In this document: in pieces, positions 32,875 to 41,314 of the stretch
Layout: each line of letters begins with the position of its first letter
Numbering within the stretch: position 1 is the first letter of the stretch
DNA from: Lachnospiraceae bacterium
Lineage (GTDB): Bacteria > Bacillota > Clostridia > Lachnospirales > Lachnospiraceae
Length of the DNA: 41,314 bases
Assembly: GCA_021202815.1 (NCBI GenBank)
Contig: JAJQCG010000041.1
Span: 1-41,314 of the forward strand
Reading direction: 5' to 3'
Translations under genes and position numbers: made by a program
The notes under the pieces: model-generated
What the model saw: only the letters and a program-made list of their open reading frames with translations
What the model was told of the DNA's origin: nothing
Database searches by the model: none

Positions 32875-34349
32875 GCGTCAATCCCCTCCTGTGCGATTTT
32901 CAGCGCGTTCATCGTGGCCTTCGCCTTGTTGATGCACTCCTGATATTCCTTCTGCGGAACGCTGTCTGCCACAATGCCCGCTCCACTGCGGACGAACACC
33001 TTGCCATTTTTCTTATAGGCAATGCGGATCGCGATACAGGTGTCAAGATTCCCCGTAAAATCAATATAGCCGATCGCACCGCCGTAGATGCCGCGTTTAT
33101 TGTCCTCGAGCTCATTGATGATCTCGCAGGCCCGGATCTTTGGCGCTCCGGAGAGCGTACCGGCAGGAAGGATCGCGTCCACCGCATCCAGCGCGTCGCG
33201 ATCCGCGCGGATCGTCCCCGCCACGGTCGAGCCAATGTGCATCACATGGGAGAAACGCTCGATCGTCATATATTTTTCCACCTTCACCGAGCCAAATTCA
33301 CTGATCTTCCCGATGTCATTGCGTCCAAGGTCGACGAGCATATTGTGCTCGGAGCACTCCTTCTCATCGGAGAGCAGCTCCCGCTCGAGCCGCAGGTCTT
33401 CCTCCTCCGTCGCCCCCCGCGGCCTCGTGCCCGCGAGCGGGAAGGTGTGCAGCGTTTCGTTCTCCAGCTTGACAAGCGTCTCCGGCGAAGCGCCCGCGAT
33501 CTCGATATCGTCGCTGGAAAAATAGAACATATAGGGGGAGGGGTTCAGCGTGCGCAGCACCCTGTAGGTATCAAGAAGACTTCCCTCGTAATCCGCCTCG
33601 AGCCGGTTCGAGAGCACGACCTGAAAAATATCGCCCTCGCGGATGTACTCCTTCGCACGCTCCACCATGCTGCAGTACTGTTCCTCACTGAACAGCGCCC
33701 GGTATTCCGAGGTAAAGCGCCCCGGCTCCGGCTTCGCCATTTCGCCCTGCATCAGCAGACGGCGCATCGTGTCGAGTTCGACCTCCGCGCGATGATATTC
33801 TGTCTCGAAATTCTCGCAGCTGATATTCACAATCAGCGTGATCTTCTGCCGGAAATTGTCGAAGGCGATGACCTTGTCGAAGAGCATCAGGTCGACGTCC
33901 TTAAAGCCTTCCGTGTCCTCCGCGTCCAGCTTCAGAGTCGGCTCCGCGTACTTCATATAATCATAGGAGAAATATCCTACCGGTCCGTCCGTGAAGGTCG
34001 GCAGCCCCTCGATCACCGGACTCTTATGCTCCTCCAGTATCTTCCGGATATAATCGCCTGGATGCGCGGTCTCCACCGTGACGGAAGTGCCGTTTCAGAT
34101 CGTCAGCTTCCCGTTCATGCAGGTCAGCTCAAGCTGCAGGTCGTAGCCCAGGAAGGTGTAATGCCCCCATTTCTGGCTGTCCTCGATCGATTCGAGCATG
34201 TAGCAGTGACTGCTGACACGCTTCAGCTTCTGCAGGACGACGAGCGGCGTATACTGATCCGCGTACAGCTCACAGCTGACCGGGATACTGCGGTAACGGC
34301 CGTCCGCCGCAAGCGCTCTCGCCTCCTGAAAGTCCGGTTTCAGTTTCAT
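32871..34349 (-). pseudogene. trpE: Anthranilate synthase component I interrupted by an in-frame TGA at codon 85
   Basis: N-terminal part (MLESIE...WGHYTFLG) and C-terminal part (GDIFQVVLS, SPYM, EHNMLVDLGRND, GTLSGAPK) are in the same frame: AAG CTG ACG ATC TGA AAC GGC; stop at 34095-34097. Confidence 0.88.
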
Positions 34350-34379
34350 TTTGGTCTCCTTCCCGCGTTTGTTTCTGAA

Positions 34380-34668
34380 CAAAAAAACCCGCCCTCGACA
34401 AACACTGCTGTCTGTCAAGGACGAGTGATAATCTACCCGCGGTGCCACCTTGCTTTGCGGAGCTCCGCCCCGCACCCTCTGCGGAATACTGTCATAATCC
34501 CGGCAACTGACGTATACCCTCACGTCGCAGAATACTCGCCTCCTGACCTGCCGGCCTTTGACTGCGCCCTCAGCGGTCCATTTGACAATCTGGGTTCGAT
34601 CCGGCTCTCAGCTTCCCGGACTCTCTGTGCGGCCATAACTGCCTTTATCTCCGCCTCAACGGTTTCAA
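34380..34668 (-). ncRNA. Tryptophan T-box riboswitch with terminator
   Basis: Minus strand AGAGA and GCTGAGA stem-I motifs, specifier TGG (34580-34578), T-box AAGGTGGCACCGCG (34451-34438), GC hairpin plus T7 before trpE. Confidence 0.92.
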
Positions 34669-34676
34669 CTAAACAC

Positions 34677-34705
34677 AGTTTAGCAAAACAAAGGGATTGT
34701 GTCAA
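34677..34705 (-). promoter_or_regulatory. SigA promoter of the trp operon inside the ispD 3' end
   Basis: TTGACA-17 bp-TAAACT with TG extension, just upstream of the T-box. Confidence 0.8.
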
Positions 34706-35414
34706 GAGCCAAAACCTCCGCGATTTTCAGATCCTCCGGCGTTGTGATTTTGATGTTCTCATAGGAGCCCTGTACCATACAGGCCGAGCGCCCACACATC
34801 TGCTCCACCACCATCACGTCGTCGGTGATCTGCACACCCTGCGAGAGCAGTTCCTGCTCCTGCGCGATCAGCTCCCGGTAAGCCGGGACGATCAGCTCCG
34901 AGGCAAAGACCTGCGGCGTCTGAATCTGCCAGACCAGACTGCGCTTCGGCGTCGTCGAAACCCTGCCGTTCTCATCGAGAATGCGGATCGTGTCCTTCAC
35001 CGGCATGCCAACCTCGCAGGCGCCGCTTCTGCAGGCTTCGTCATATGCGCGTCGGAGAATTTCCTCCGTGATAAACGGACGGACGCCGTCGTGGATGAAG
35101 ACGATGCGCTCCCGCTCGCTCTCCATCGCCTGCAGGCCGTTCCAGACCGAGTGATAGCGCTCCACTCCCCCCGCTACGACCGCGCGCAGCTTGTCGATAT
35201 GGGCGCTCCGCGCGAGTTCCCTGCAAAATTCGATCTCCCCCGCCCCAGTGACCAGAATGATCTCCTGAATCAGCTCCGAGCGCTGGAAGACGTCCAGCGA
35301 GTACCAGAGTACCGGCTTCCCCTGAATCTCCAGGTACTGCTTCGGTTTCTTCGTGCCCATCCGCTTTCCCTGCCCGGCAGCGAGCACGATCGCCGTTCCC
35401 TTCTTTCCCTCCAT
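34680..35414 (-). CDS. ispD: 2-C-methyl-D-erythritol 4-phosphate cytidylyltransferase
   Basis: IVLAAGQGKRM, KPKQYL, ERYHSV, IHDGVRPF, QTPQVF, NIKITTPEDL. Confidence 0.93.
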   Translation of the reverse strand: MEGKKGTAIVLAAGQGKRMGTKKPKQYLEIQGKPVLWYSLDVFQRSELIQEIILVTGAGEIEFCRELARSAHIDKLRAVVAGGVERYHSVWNGLQAMESERERIVFIHDGVRPFITEEILRRAYDEACRSGACEVGMPVKDTIRILDENGRVSTTPKRSLVWQIQTPQVFASELIVPAYRELIAQEQELLSQGVQITDDVMVVEQMCGRSACMVQGSYENIKITTPEDLKIAEVLALDTIPLFC

Positions 35415-36442
35415 CAGCGTTCCCCCAGCGGCAGGTTCGGAACCGCATTTAAATCAAGCCCTGCCCGGTTGCCCGCCATGAATTCATAGTAAGCCGCCGC
35501 ACCGATCATCGCCGCGTTGTCCGTGCAGAGAATCGGCGACGGACAGTAGAGCGGAATTTTTCTTTTGTCACAGGCGTCCTTCATGGCAGCGCGCAGCGCG
35601 GAATTCGACGCGACGCCGCCCGCCATCGCGATTTTGTCTATTTTATATTCCTTTGCGGCATAGAGCGTGTGCTCGACCAGCACGTCGCAGACCGCTTTCT
35701 GGAAGGAGGCAGCGATATCCGCCTCCGCGATCGGCTCGCCCTTCATACGGCAGGCGTTCAGATGATTCAGCACCGCCGATTTCACACCGCTGAAGCTGAA
35801 ATCGTAGCCGGAATCCCCGACCTTCGCCCGCGGAAAATGGATTGCATCCGGATTGCCCTCCTTCGCAAGGCGGTCGATCTTCGGTCCGCCCGGATAACCA
35901 AGGCCGATCGCACGCGCCACCTTGTCGAAAGCCTCGCCCGCCGCGTCATCCCGCGTGCGCCCGAGGATCTCATATTTCCCATAACCCTTCACAATCACGA
36001 GATGCGTATGCCCGCCGGACACCACCAGGCAGAGGAAGGGCGGCTCCAGCTCCTTATGCTCTATGTAATTCGCAGAAATATGCCCTTCGATATGGTGCAC
36101 ACCAACCAGCGGCAGCCCTGCGGCATAGCTGATCGCCTTGGCCTCCGCGACGCCGACCAGCAGCGCGCCGACCAGCCCCGGCCCATAGGTCACGCCGATC
36201 GCATCGAGATCGTCGAGACCGACGCCCGCCTGGCTTAAAGCCTCCCGAATCACATAATTGATTTTCTCGATATGTTTGCGCGAGGCGATCTCCGGCACCA
36301 CACCCCCGTACAGCGTGTGCAGCGCGATCTGTGAAGAAATTACATTCGACAGCACCTCACGGCCATTTTTCACAACGGCGGCCGCGGTCTCGTCGCAGGA
36401 GCTCTCGATCGCCAGAATCAAAACGTCTTTCCCTTCACTCAT
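35414..36442 (-). CDS. tsaD: tRNA N6-adenosine threonylcarbamoyltransferase
   Basis: [49 protein letters not shown]. Confidence 0.97.
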   Translation of the reverse strand: MSEGKDVLILAIESSCDETAAAVVKNGREVLSNVISSQIALHTLYGGVVPEIASRKHIEKINYVIREALSQAGVGLDDLDAIGVTYGPGLVGALLVGVAEAKAISYAAGLPLVGVHHIEGHISANYIEHKELEPPFLCLVVSGGHTHLVIVKGYGKYEILGRTRDDAAGEAFDKVARAIGLGYPGGPKIDRLAKEGNPDAIHFPRAKVGDSGYDFSFSGVKSAVLNHLNACRMKGEPIAEADIAASFQKAVCDVLVEHTLYAAKEYKIDKIAMAGGVASNSALRAAMKDACDKRKIPLYCPSPILCTDNAAMIGAAAYYEFMAGNRAGLDLNAVPNLPLGER

Positions 36443-37358
36443 TTCCCGTCCCCTCTTCAAACGACAGTTCCACGGACTTGCGGTCCTTGCCGGCATGCGC
36501 CGCCGGGAAGATTTTGCGCACCTCGTCCATATAGGCCTCCGGCCAGTTGAGAGAAGGGCTGTAATGGGTCAGCCACAGCTCCTTCACCTGCGCGTCGCGC
36601 GCGAGCTTCGCAGCCTCGTAGAAGGTCATGTGCTTGTGTTCCCTGGCCTTCGCCGCCTTGTCCTTCTCCCCGTACATGCCCTCGCAGATAAAAAGATCAG
36701 AGTGCATCGCGTTCTCGACGATCGAGGGCGTCGGGCGCGTATCTGTGCAGTAGGTGAGCTTCAGCCCTTTTCGCGGCGCGCCCAGGACCATCTCCGGGAC
36801 ATAGGTCTGTCCGTCCGCTTCGATCGTCTCGCCCTTCTGCAGCCGGTTCCAGTACATCTTCGGAATATCGAGCGCGAGCGCCCTGTCAAGCTGGAACTTT
36901 CCGGCACGGTCGAGCTCGAAGGTGTAGCCGTAGCACAGCACGTTGTGGTTCACGCGAAACGCTCTCAGCCGATAGCCGTTCAGGGAAAATTCCTCCTGCT
37001 GCCCGTTTATTTCCTTATAAATAATCGAAAAGGGCAGCTCCGGCGCGATGACGCGCAGCGCGCTCACGACCCGCTCCAGTCCCTTCGGCCCGATCAGCGT
37101 CAGGGGTTCAGTGCGTTCCGCATTTCCCATCGATAAAAGCAGGCCCGGCAGCCCGCTGATATGGTCGCCGTGATAATGGGTAAAACAGATCACGTCGATC
37201 GGCTTGAAACTCCAGCCCTTCTCGCGGATCGTGACCTGCGTCCCCTCCCCGCAGTCGATCAGCAGGCTGCTCCCGTTGTAGCGCAGCATCAGCGATGTCA
37301 GAAAACGATAGGGAAGCGGCATCATGCCGCCGCTCCCCAGCAAACATACATCCAGCAT
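36435..37358 (-). CDS. rnz: Ribonuclease Z
   Basis: [33 protein letters not shown]. Confidence 0.93.
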   Translation of the reverse strand: MLDVCLLGSGGMMPLPYRFLTSLMLRYNGSSLLIDCGEGTQVTIREKGWSFKPIDVICFTHYHGDHISGLPGLLLSMGNAERTEPLTLIGPKGLERVVSALRVIAPELPFSIIYKEINGQQEEFSLNGYRLRAFRVNHNVLCYGYTFELDRAGKFQLDRALALDIPKMYWNRLQKGETIEADGQTYVPEMVLGAPRKGLKLTYCTDTRPTPSIVENAMHSDLFICEGMYGEKDKAAKAREHKHMTFYEAAKLARDAQVKELWLTHYSPSLNWPEAYMDEVRKIFPAAHAGKDRKSVELSFEEGTGNE

Positions 37359-37366
37359 AGTCTCTC

Positions 37367-37615
37367 CTATAAAAGCTCTGTCTCCGCCTCCGCCTGAACC
37401 GGAATCGTGAAGCTCTCAGTGATCTGTCCGTAGCAGTCCTCGCACAGATCGAAGGCATGGCGCTCGCCGTCCTTTTCGGAGAAATAGCCCCAGAGAACCT
37501 CCCCGTGGAACACGCCCTCGCGCGGGATGCCATTCTCCAGCTTCAGCTCCCGTCCGCAGCGGTTACAGACAAGTTTGTTCAACAGTTTCTTATCTTCATT
37601 TGTATATTGACGCAT
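37367..37615 (-). CDS. Small conserved hypothetical zinc-ribbon protein
   Basis: CNRC ... WGYFSEKDGERHAFDLCEDC; RBS AGGAGGAG. Confidence 0.75.
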   Translation of the reverse strand: MRQYTNEDKKLLNKLVCNRCGRELKLENGIPREGVFHGEVLWGYFSEKDGERHAFDLCEDCYGQITESFTIPVQAEAETELL

Positions 37616-37662
37616 CGAATCTCCTCCTGTTTGTGAGCTTATCGTCATGTACCGGCATCATC

Positions 37663-37690
37663 AGTATAATATACGATCGTCCGATTGCAA
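37663..37690 (-). promoter_or_regulatory. Possible internal SigA promoter upstream of the zinc-ribbon gene, rnz and tsaD
   Basis: TTGCAA-16 bp-TATACT. Confidence 0.45.
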
Positions 37691-37705
37691 ACAGGGAATC
37701 TATGG

Positions 37706-38140
37706 TCAGTCCATCCGCAGCCACAGGATGGCCGCATCCTCCCGCGGCTTCTCATAGAAATCCTTCCGCAGGCCCTCGCGCGCGAAGCCCAGCTTCTCGT
37801 AGACGTGTAACGCCGCGCGGTTGCCCACACGCACCTCCAGCGTGAAGGCCCGTATTCCCAGCGCCCGTCCCCCTGTGAGAAGTCCTTCCACAATCGCCGT
37901 CCCGATGCCGCGCCCGCGGAATTCCTCCGTCACCGCGATATCGAGGATATCCGCCTCGTCGCCCACCTTCAGCAGTCCGCCATAACCGACGACCATGCCC
38001 CGCTCCTCGCAGACCAGGAAGAGATAGTCCGGTTTTGCAAGGCTTTCCCGCAGGCTCCGCTCCGACCAGGGCGTGGTGAAGGTACTTCGCTCAAGCTCCG
38101 CCACCTCGGAGATGTCCGCCTCCGTCATCCGGCGAATCAT
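37706..38140 (-). CDS. rimI: Ribosomal protein S18 alanine N-acetyltransferase (GNAT)
   Basis: PWS, IAVTEEFRGRGIG, LEVRVGN, YEKLGF, RKDFYEKPREDA. Confidence 0.92.
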   Translation of the reverse strand: MIRRMTEADISEVAELERSTFTTPWSERSLRESLAKPDYLFLVCEERGMVVGYGGLLKVGDEADILDIAVTEEFRGRGIGTAIVEGLLTGGRALGIRAFTLEVRVGNRAALHVYEKLGFAREGLRKDFYEKPREDAAILWLRMD

Positions 38141-38883
38141 GTTGCCTGCTCCCCGGCCTTCATCTTCTCCGCCCGCACACGCTCCGCCTGCGACATGCGC
38201 AGATACTCCGGTCGGTGCTCATCGGCGCTCTCCCACTTTCCTTCCTTTATATATTCCAGCGCGAGCGCGCCGACCGCCCCGGCTCTCTGCCGGTTCAGAT
38301 GCGCGGGCGCAAAGCGGATGTTTTGACCCGCGAGCAGCTCTTCGAGCGTCTTCCGGTGCAGCGGCACCGCGTCGCCGAGGAAAATCACGTCCCGCTCCCG
38401 CGCACGGATCTTCTCTGCAATTTCCGCGATATCCACCGCCATCTGCGGTTCGAGCACCGCAAGGCGGCTGCCCTCGAACTCGTAGATACTCGTATAGACC
38501 TGATTTCTCCTGGCGTCCATCAGCGGGCAGATCAGATCCCCCGCACCGAACAGATTGTAGGCCAGCGCGTCCACCGTCGGCACCGCAACCAGCGGCTTCT
38601 CCAACACCAGACCCAGCCCCTTCGCCGTCGCCGAGCCAATCCGAAGTCCCGTAAAGGATCCAGGCCCCGCGGCCACCGCGATCGCGTCGATCTCATGAAG
38701 ATCGAGTTCGATCATGCGCACGATCTCGTCCAGCATCGGCAACAGGGTCTGCGAATGCGTCTTTTTATAGTTCACCGTATATTCCGCGAGCAGCGTGCTG
38801 CCGGACTCATCGCCCTCCACGACCGCCGCGCTCGCCACGAGACCGGAGCTGTCCAGCGCCAGCACCTTGCGATATGCACTCAT
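38137..38883 (-). CDS. tsaB: tRNA threonylcarbamoyladenosine biosynthesis protein TsaB
   Basis: LALDSSG, HSQTLLP, GPGSFTGLRIG, MDARRNQVY, PEYLRMSQAER. Confidence 0.95.
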   Translation of the reverse strand: MSAYRKVLALDSSGLVASAAVVEGDESGSTLLAEYTVNYKKTHSQTLLPMLDEIVRMIELDLHEIDAIAVAAGPGSFTGLRIGSATAKGLGLVLEKPLVAVPTVDALAYNLFGAGDLICPLMDARRNQVYTSIYEFEGSRLAVLEPQMAVDIAEIAEKIRARERDVIFLGDAVPLHRKTLEELLAGQNIRFAPAHLNRQRAGAVGALALEYIKEGKWESADEHRPEYLRMSQAERVRAEKMKAGEQAT

Positions 38884-38965
38884 ATTGTCCTTCCTCTTTT
38901 CCAGCGGCTTTCCACACAATGCCCCTCGTGAAAACCGTCATTTTTTACAAAGTTCATTTTCGAGG

Positions 38966-39070
38966 TGAAATTTATTTCATATCTGGTCAGGGTTTGAAAT
39001 CAATTACACAAAAAATACTGTCCCAGCTCACATTTTTATGAAATCTGCTTCACCCGTGAAATCTGCTTCA
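38966..39070. promoter_or_regulatory. Array of four 14-bp TGAAAT-N4-TTCA-like operator boxes
   Basis: TGAAATTTATTTCA 38966-38979, TGAAATCAATTACA 38995-39008, TGAAATCTGCTTCA 39039-39052 and 39057-39070. Confidence 0.7.
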
Positions 39071-39071
39071 T

Positions 39072-39099
39072 TTGACACTACAAAAATAATTGCTATAAT
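39072..39099 (+). promoter_or_regulatory. Consensus SigA promoter oriented antisense into the rpiR-family gene
   Basis: TTGACA-16 bp-TATAAT with TG extension (TGCTATAAT). Confidence 0.75.
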
Positions 39100-39129
39100 C
39101 AGTTGCAGAAAGCGGATAGTTTTTAACAA

Positions 39130-40008
39130 TTACTCCAATTCGCCAGGCACCCTGCAGTACTCTACATAGGGATTTTTGTACCACTCATCTTCCATGGTCC
39201 CGCCGTGCTGCGCGGTGTACATGGCGTACAGGATCTCGATCACCGCCAGTTCAGAAATGCGCACCCCCAGCGCCGACGACGCGTAGTTGTCACGGGAAAT
39301 GCTGGTAGACAGCACGATATCCACATAGGGAAGCGACGGCGACTCGTGCGTGCCGATCAGTCCGATTGTGATCAGCTTTCTGGATTTGGCCAGCTTCAGG
39401 CATTGGATCGTATTCGACGCCCGGCCGGTATAGCTGATCACAACCACCACATCGTTCGGCTGCATCCTTCCGATCTGCATGGCGCCATAGACGAAGTCCG
39501 TATAGAAAATACAGGGCAGCTCCAGCTGCATAAGCACATCATAGAGGCAGGACGCACTGGAACGTCCCCCGCCTTCCCCGATGATCAGAATCTGTCCGGC
39601 GGAAAAGATGGCGTCGACCGCCATGCCGTAGGCGGATTCATTCCAGGAGGACAGCATGCTGTTGATCACCGCGTTGTGATATCCCAGCACCTTCTGTTTG
39701 ATGATGGAGATACCGGCGTCACCGGAGACCTCGTCCACGGGAATCCTGTTTCTCTCCTGATTGTGAAGCTCCTTATGCAGTGAGTTCTTCAAATCCGAGA
39801 AACCCGAAAAACCGCAGGTTTTGCTGAAACGGATGATCGTAGCGCTGCTGGTGCCTGTCTTTTCTCCCAGCGAGGCCGAGGTGGACTCCGACACTTCATC
39901 CAGATGCTTCAGGATATAGTCCGCAATTTTTTTCTCGGACGCGGACATGGATGCGTAGGCCTCTTTCAGTTTTGAGCAGAATAACAACGCGATATTTTGA
40001 TCCTTCAT
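39130..40008 (-). CDS. MurR/RpiR-family transcriptional regulator (HTH plus SIS)
   Basis: SASEKKIADYIL, TSSATIIRFSKTCGFSGFSDLK, VVISYTG; start codon uncertain because no adjacent RBS. Confidence 0.9.
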   Translation of the reverse strand: MKDQNIALLFCSKLKEAYASMSASEKKIADYILKHLDEVSESTSASLGEKTGTSSATIIRFSKTCGFSGFSDLKNSLHKELHNQERNRIPVDEVSGDAGISIIKQKVLGYHNAVINSMLSSWNESAYGMAVDAIFSAGQILIIGEGGGRSSASCLYDVLMQLELPCIFYTDFVYGAMQIGRMQPNDVVVVISYTGRASNTIQCLKLAKSRKLITIGLIGTHESPSLPYVDIVLSTSISRDNYASSALGVRISELAVIEILYAMYTAQHGGTMEDEWYKNPYVEYCRVPGELE

Positions 40009-40091
40009 GCAAATGAAACGCCAGGGCGGCGCACCTCCTGCATGACAGTATAACAAAATCAGTCAAAATAATCTACAGAAAGGCAGAAATA

Positions 40092-40961
40092 ATGTCAATT
40101 GCGATTTCAGATGAGATGAGAAAATGCCTGGACGAGCGGCAGGAAAAGAAGTTTGCCGCGATCAGAAAGGAAGCCATCTACGACAGGGAGATCCGGATTC
40201 CGGTCAGAGGCGCGCAGATCCGCTGTCTGGAGTATGCTCCCCGCGAAAATGGTCAGAAGCTTCCGGTCATCTTCGACATGCACGGCGGCGGATTCACGAA
40301 CGGTTACCCGGAGGAGGACGACCTCATGTGCAGGCAGATGTGCGACAGACTGCAGGCGCGGGTATTCAGCATTGACTATCGGCTCGCGCCGGAGTTTCCC
40401 TACCCGGAAGGCCAGCTCGACGTCTATGAGACGATTCGCTATTTCGCCGTTCACGAGGACGCGTTTCAGATCCGGGCTGACCAGATGATAACGATCGGAC
40501 ACAGCGCGGGTGCGAACTATGCGCTGCCCTCCGCCATGAGAGCATGTGAGGAGCATGCTTTCTCCCTTCGCGGGATCATTCTGGACTATCCGCCGCTCGA
40601 CATGGTGACTCCGACAAAGGATAAATTCTACACGGAGGGCTGCATACCCATGGAGCTCTCGGATCTGTTCAATGCCTGCTACTGCCTGCCGGAACAGGCG
40701 GGGGAGCCCTTCTGTTCGCCAGCCTTCGCGCCGGACGAGCTGCTCCGCTGCCTGCCGCCCGTCACGATCCTTCCCTGTGAAATCGACTCTCTGCGGGATG
40801 AAGCCGAGCAGTTCGGTCTGCGTCTTGCAAGGCTCAGGGTGGAAGTCACTCTGCGCCGCTATGTCGGGCTATCGCACGCGTTCAACCTCAACTATGATCT
40901 CCCGGCCTCACAGGAGTCCATCGACATGATGGTCCGCCAGGCGGGTAAATATTTACAGTAA
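40092..40961 (+). CDS. Alpha/beta hydrolase, HSL-family esterase/lipase
   Basis: HGGGF oxyanion motif, DYRLAPE, GHSAG nucleophile, EIDSLRDE, HAF. Confidence 0.92.
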   Translation: MSIAISDEMRKCLDERQEKKFAAIRKEAIYDREIRIPVRGAQIRCLEYAPRENGQKLPVIFDMHGGGFTNGYPEEDDLMCRQMCDRLQARVFSIDYRLAPEFPYPEGQLDVYETIRYFAVHEDAFQIRADQMITIGHSAGANYALPSAMRACEEHAFSLRGIILDYPPLDMVTPTKDKFYTEGCIPMELSDLFNACYCLPEQAGEPFCSPAFAPDELLRCLPPVTILPCEIDSLRDEAEQFGLRLARLRVEVTLRRYVGLSHAFNLNYDLPASQESIDMMVRQAGKYLQ

Positions 40962-41068
40962 AAGACAAAAGGTTTTAATCTGTTTCCTGAAACGGCCGAT
41001 CAGGAAGCATGTTTATAAACGTATACCAAAAAACAACAATCTATTTTTGAGGGAAAGGATTTTACATT

Positions 41069-41314
41069 ATGTTTGAATCAGTTATCAAAGATTTTGCGTG
41101 GGTGGGACTTCTCCTGCTGATCGGTACCTGGCTGAGAGCTCATGTGAAGATTCTCCAGAAGCTGTACATTCCCAACGCGGTCATCGCCGGTTTCGTCGGA
41201 ATCCTTCTGGGCTCTGAAGTGCTGGGGCGCTTCTGCCCCGTCTACATCCACTGGTCGGAGTATTCAGGTCAGTACGCGACCCCGCTCCTGGCAATTCTGT
41301 TCTGCGTGCAGTTC
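41069..41314 (+). CDS. Sodium/glutamate symporter (GltS-like), 3'-truncated by window edge
   Basis: Not in the ORF track; translated MFESVIKDFAWVGLLLLIGTWLRAHVKILQKLYIPNAVIAGFVGILLG; RBS GGAAAGGA. Confidence 0.75.
   Translation, partial: MFESVIKDFAWVGLLLLIGTWLRAHVKILQKLYIPNAVIAGFVGILLGSEVLGRFCPVYIHWSEYSGQYATPLLAILFCVQF

Noticed and set aside
34095-34097. TGA recoding (genetic code 4/25, selenocysteine, or Trp-sensing read-through) in trpE
   Set aside because: TGA is the normal stop of many genes here (potB, potCD, dapA, trpA, trpG); the site is not a catalytic Cys position; Trp-dependent read-through would raise TrpE when Trp is plentiful, the wrong logic.
34350-34523. N-terminal extension of ORF 34095..34523 as a trp leader peptide
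   Set aside because: No Trp codons in the extension; the region is the T-box RNA and terminator.
33237-35489. 750-aa plus-strand ORF across trpE, T-box and ispD
   Set aside because: Antisense shadow; no recognisable domain, and the opposite strand carries clear features.
39039-39070. Direct repeat as a CRISPR array or invertible-element end
   Set aside because: Only two exact 14-bp copies 4 bp apart, no spacers or cas genes; no matching inverted repeat found at the other end of rpiR and no recombinase in the window.

Overview
GC-rich Firmicutes (Bacillota) chromosomal segment, most consistent with a Lachnospiraceae-type gut clostridium (inferred from gene order and families). Left to right: a cupin/XRE regulator with a potA-potB-potCD polyamine ABC operon; a minus-strand sugar block (PfkB kinase, xylose-isomerase-family enzyme, XRE-MNT/HEPN toxin-antitoxin pair, mglBAC-like transporter with two accessory membrane genes, and a binding protein/YesM/YesN sensor set); housekeeping genes secA, hpf, His6-type hisA, dapAB under a lysine riboswitch, cobO, ssb and typA; a Trp T-box-controlled trpEGDCFBA operon whose trpE has an in-frame TGA; the tsaB-rimI-rnz-tsaD-ispD cluster; and an RpiR regulator, esterase and Na+/glutamate-symporter locus at the right edge. 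The most unusual signals are: (1) a consensus promoter with four 14-bp operator-like boxes firing antisense through the rpiR gene toward the esterase/symporter genes, suggesting a non-contiguous operon; (2) a PotA ATPase with two tandem ~88-aa Ig-like repeats inserted in its C-terminal domain; (3) window-wide C>T/G>A-type substitutions at normally conserved residues, including the trpE stop; (4) an HTH-fused MNT antitoxin with a palindromic operator over its own -35. No database searches were run; family calls come from motif recognition.
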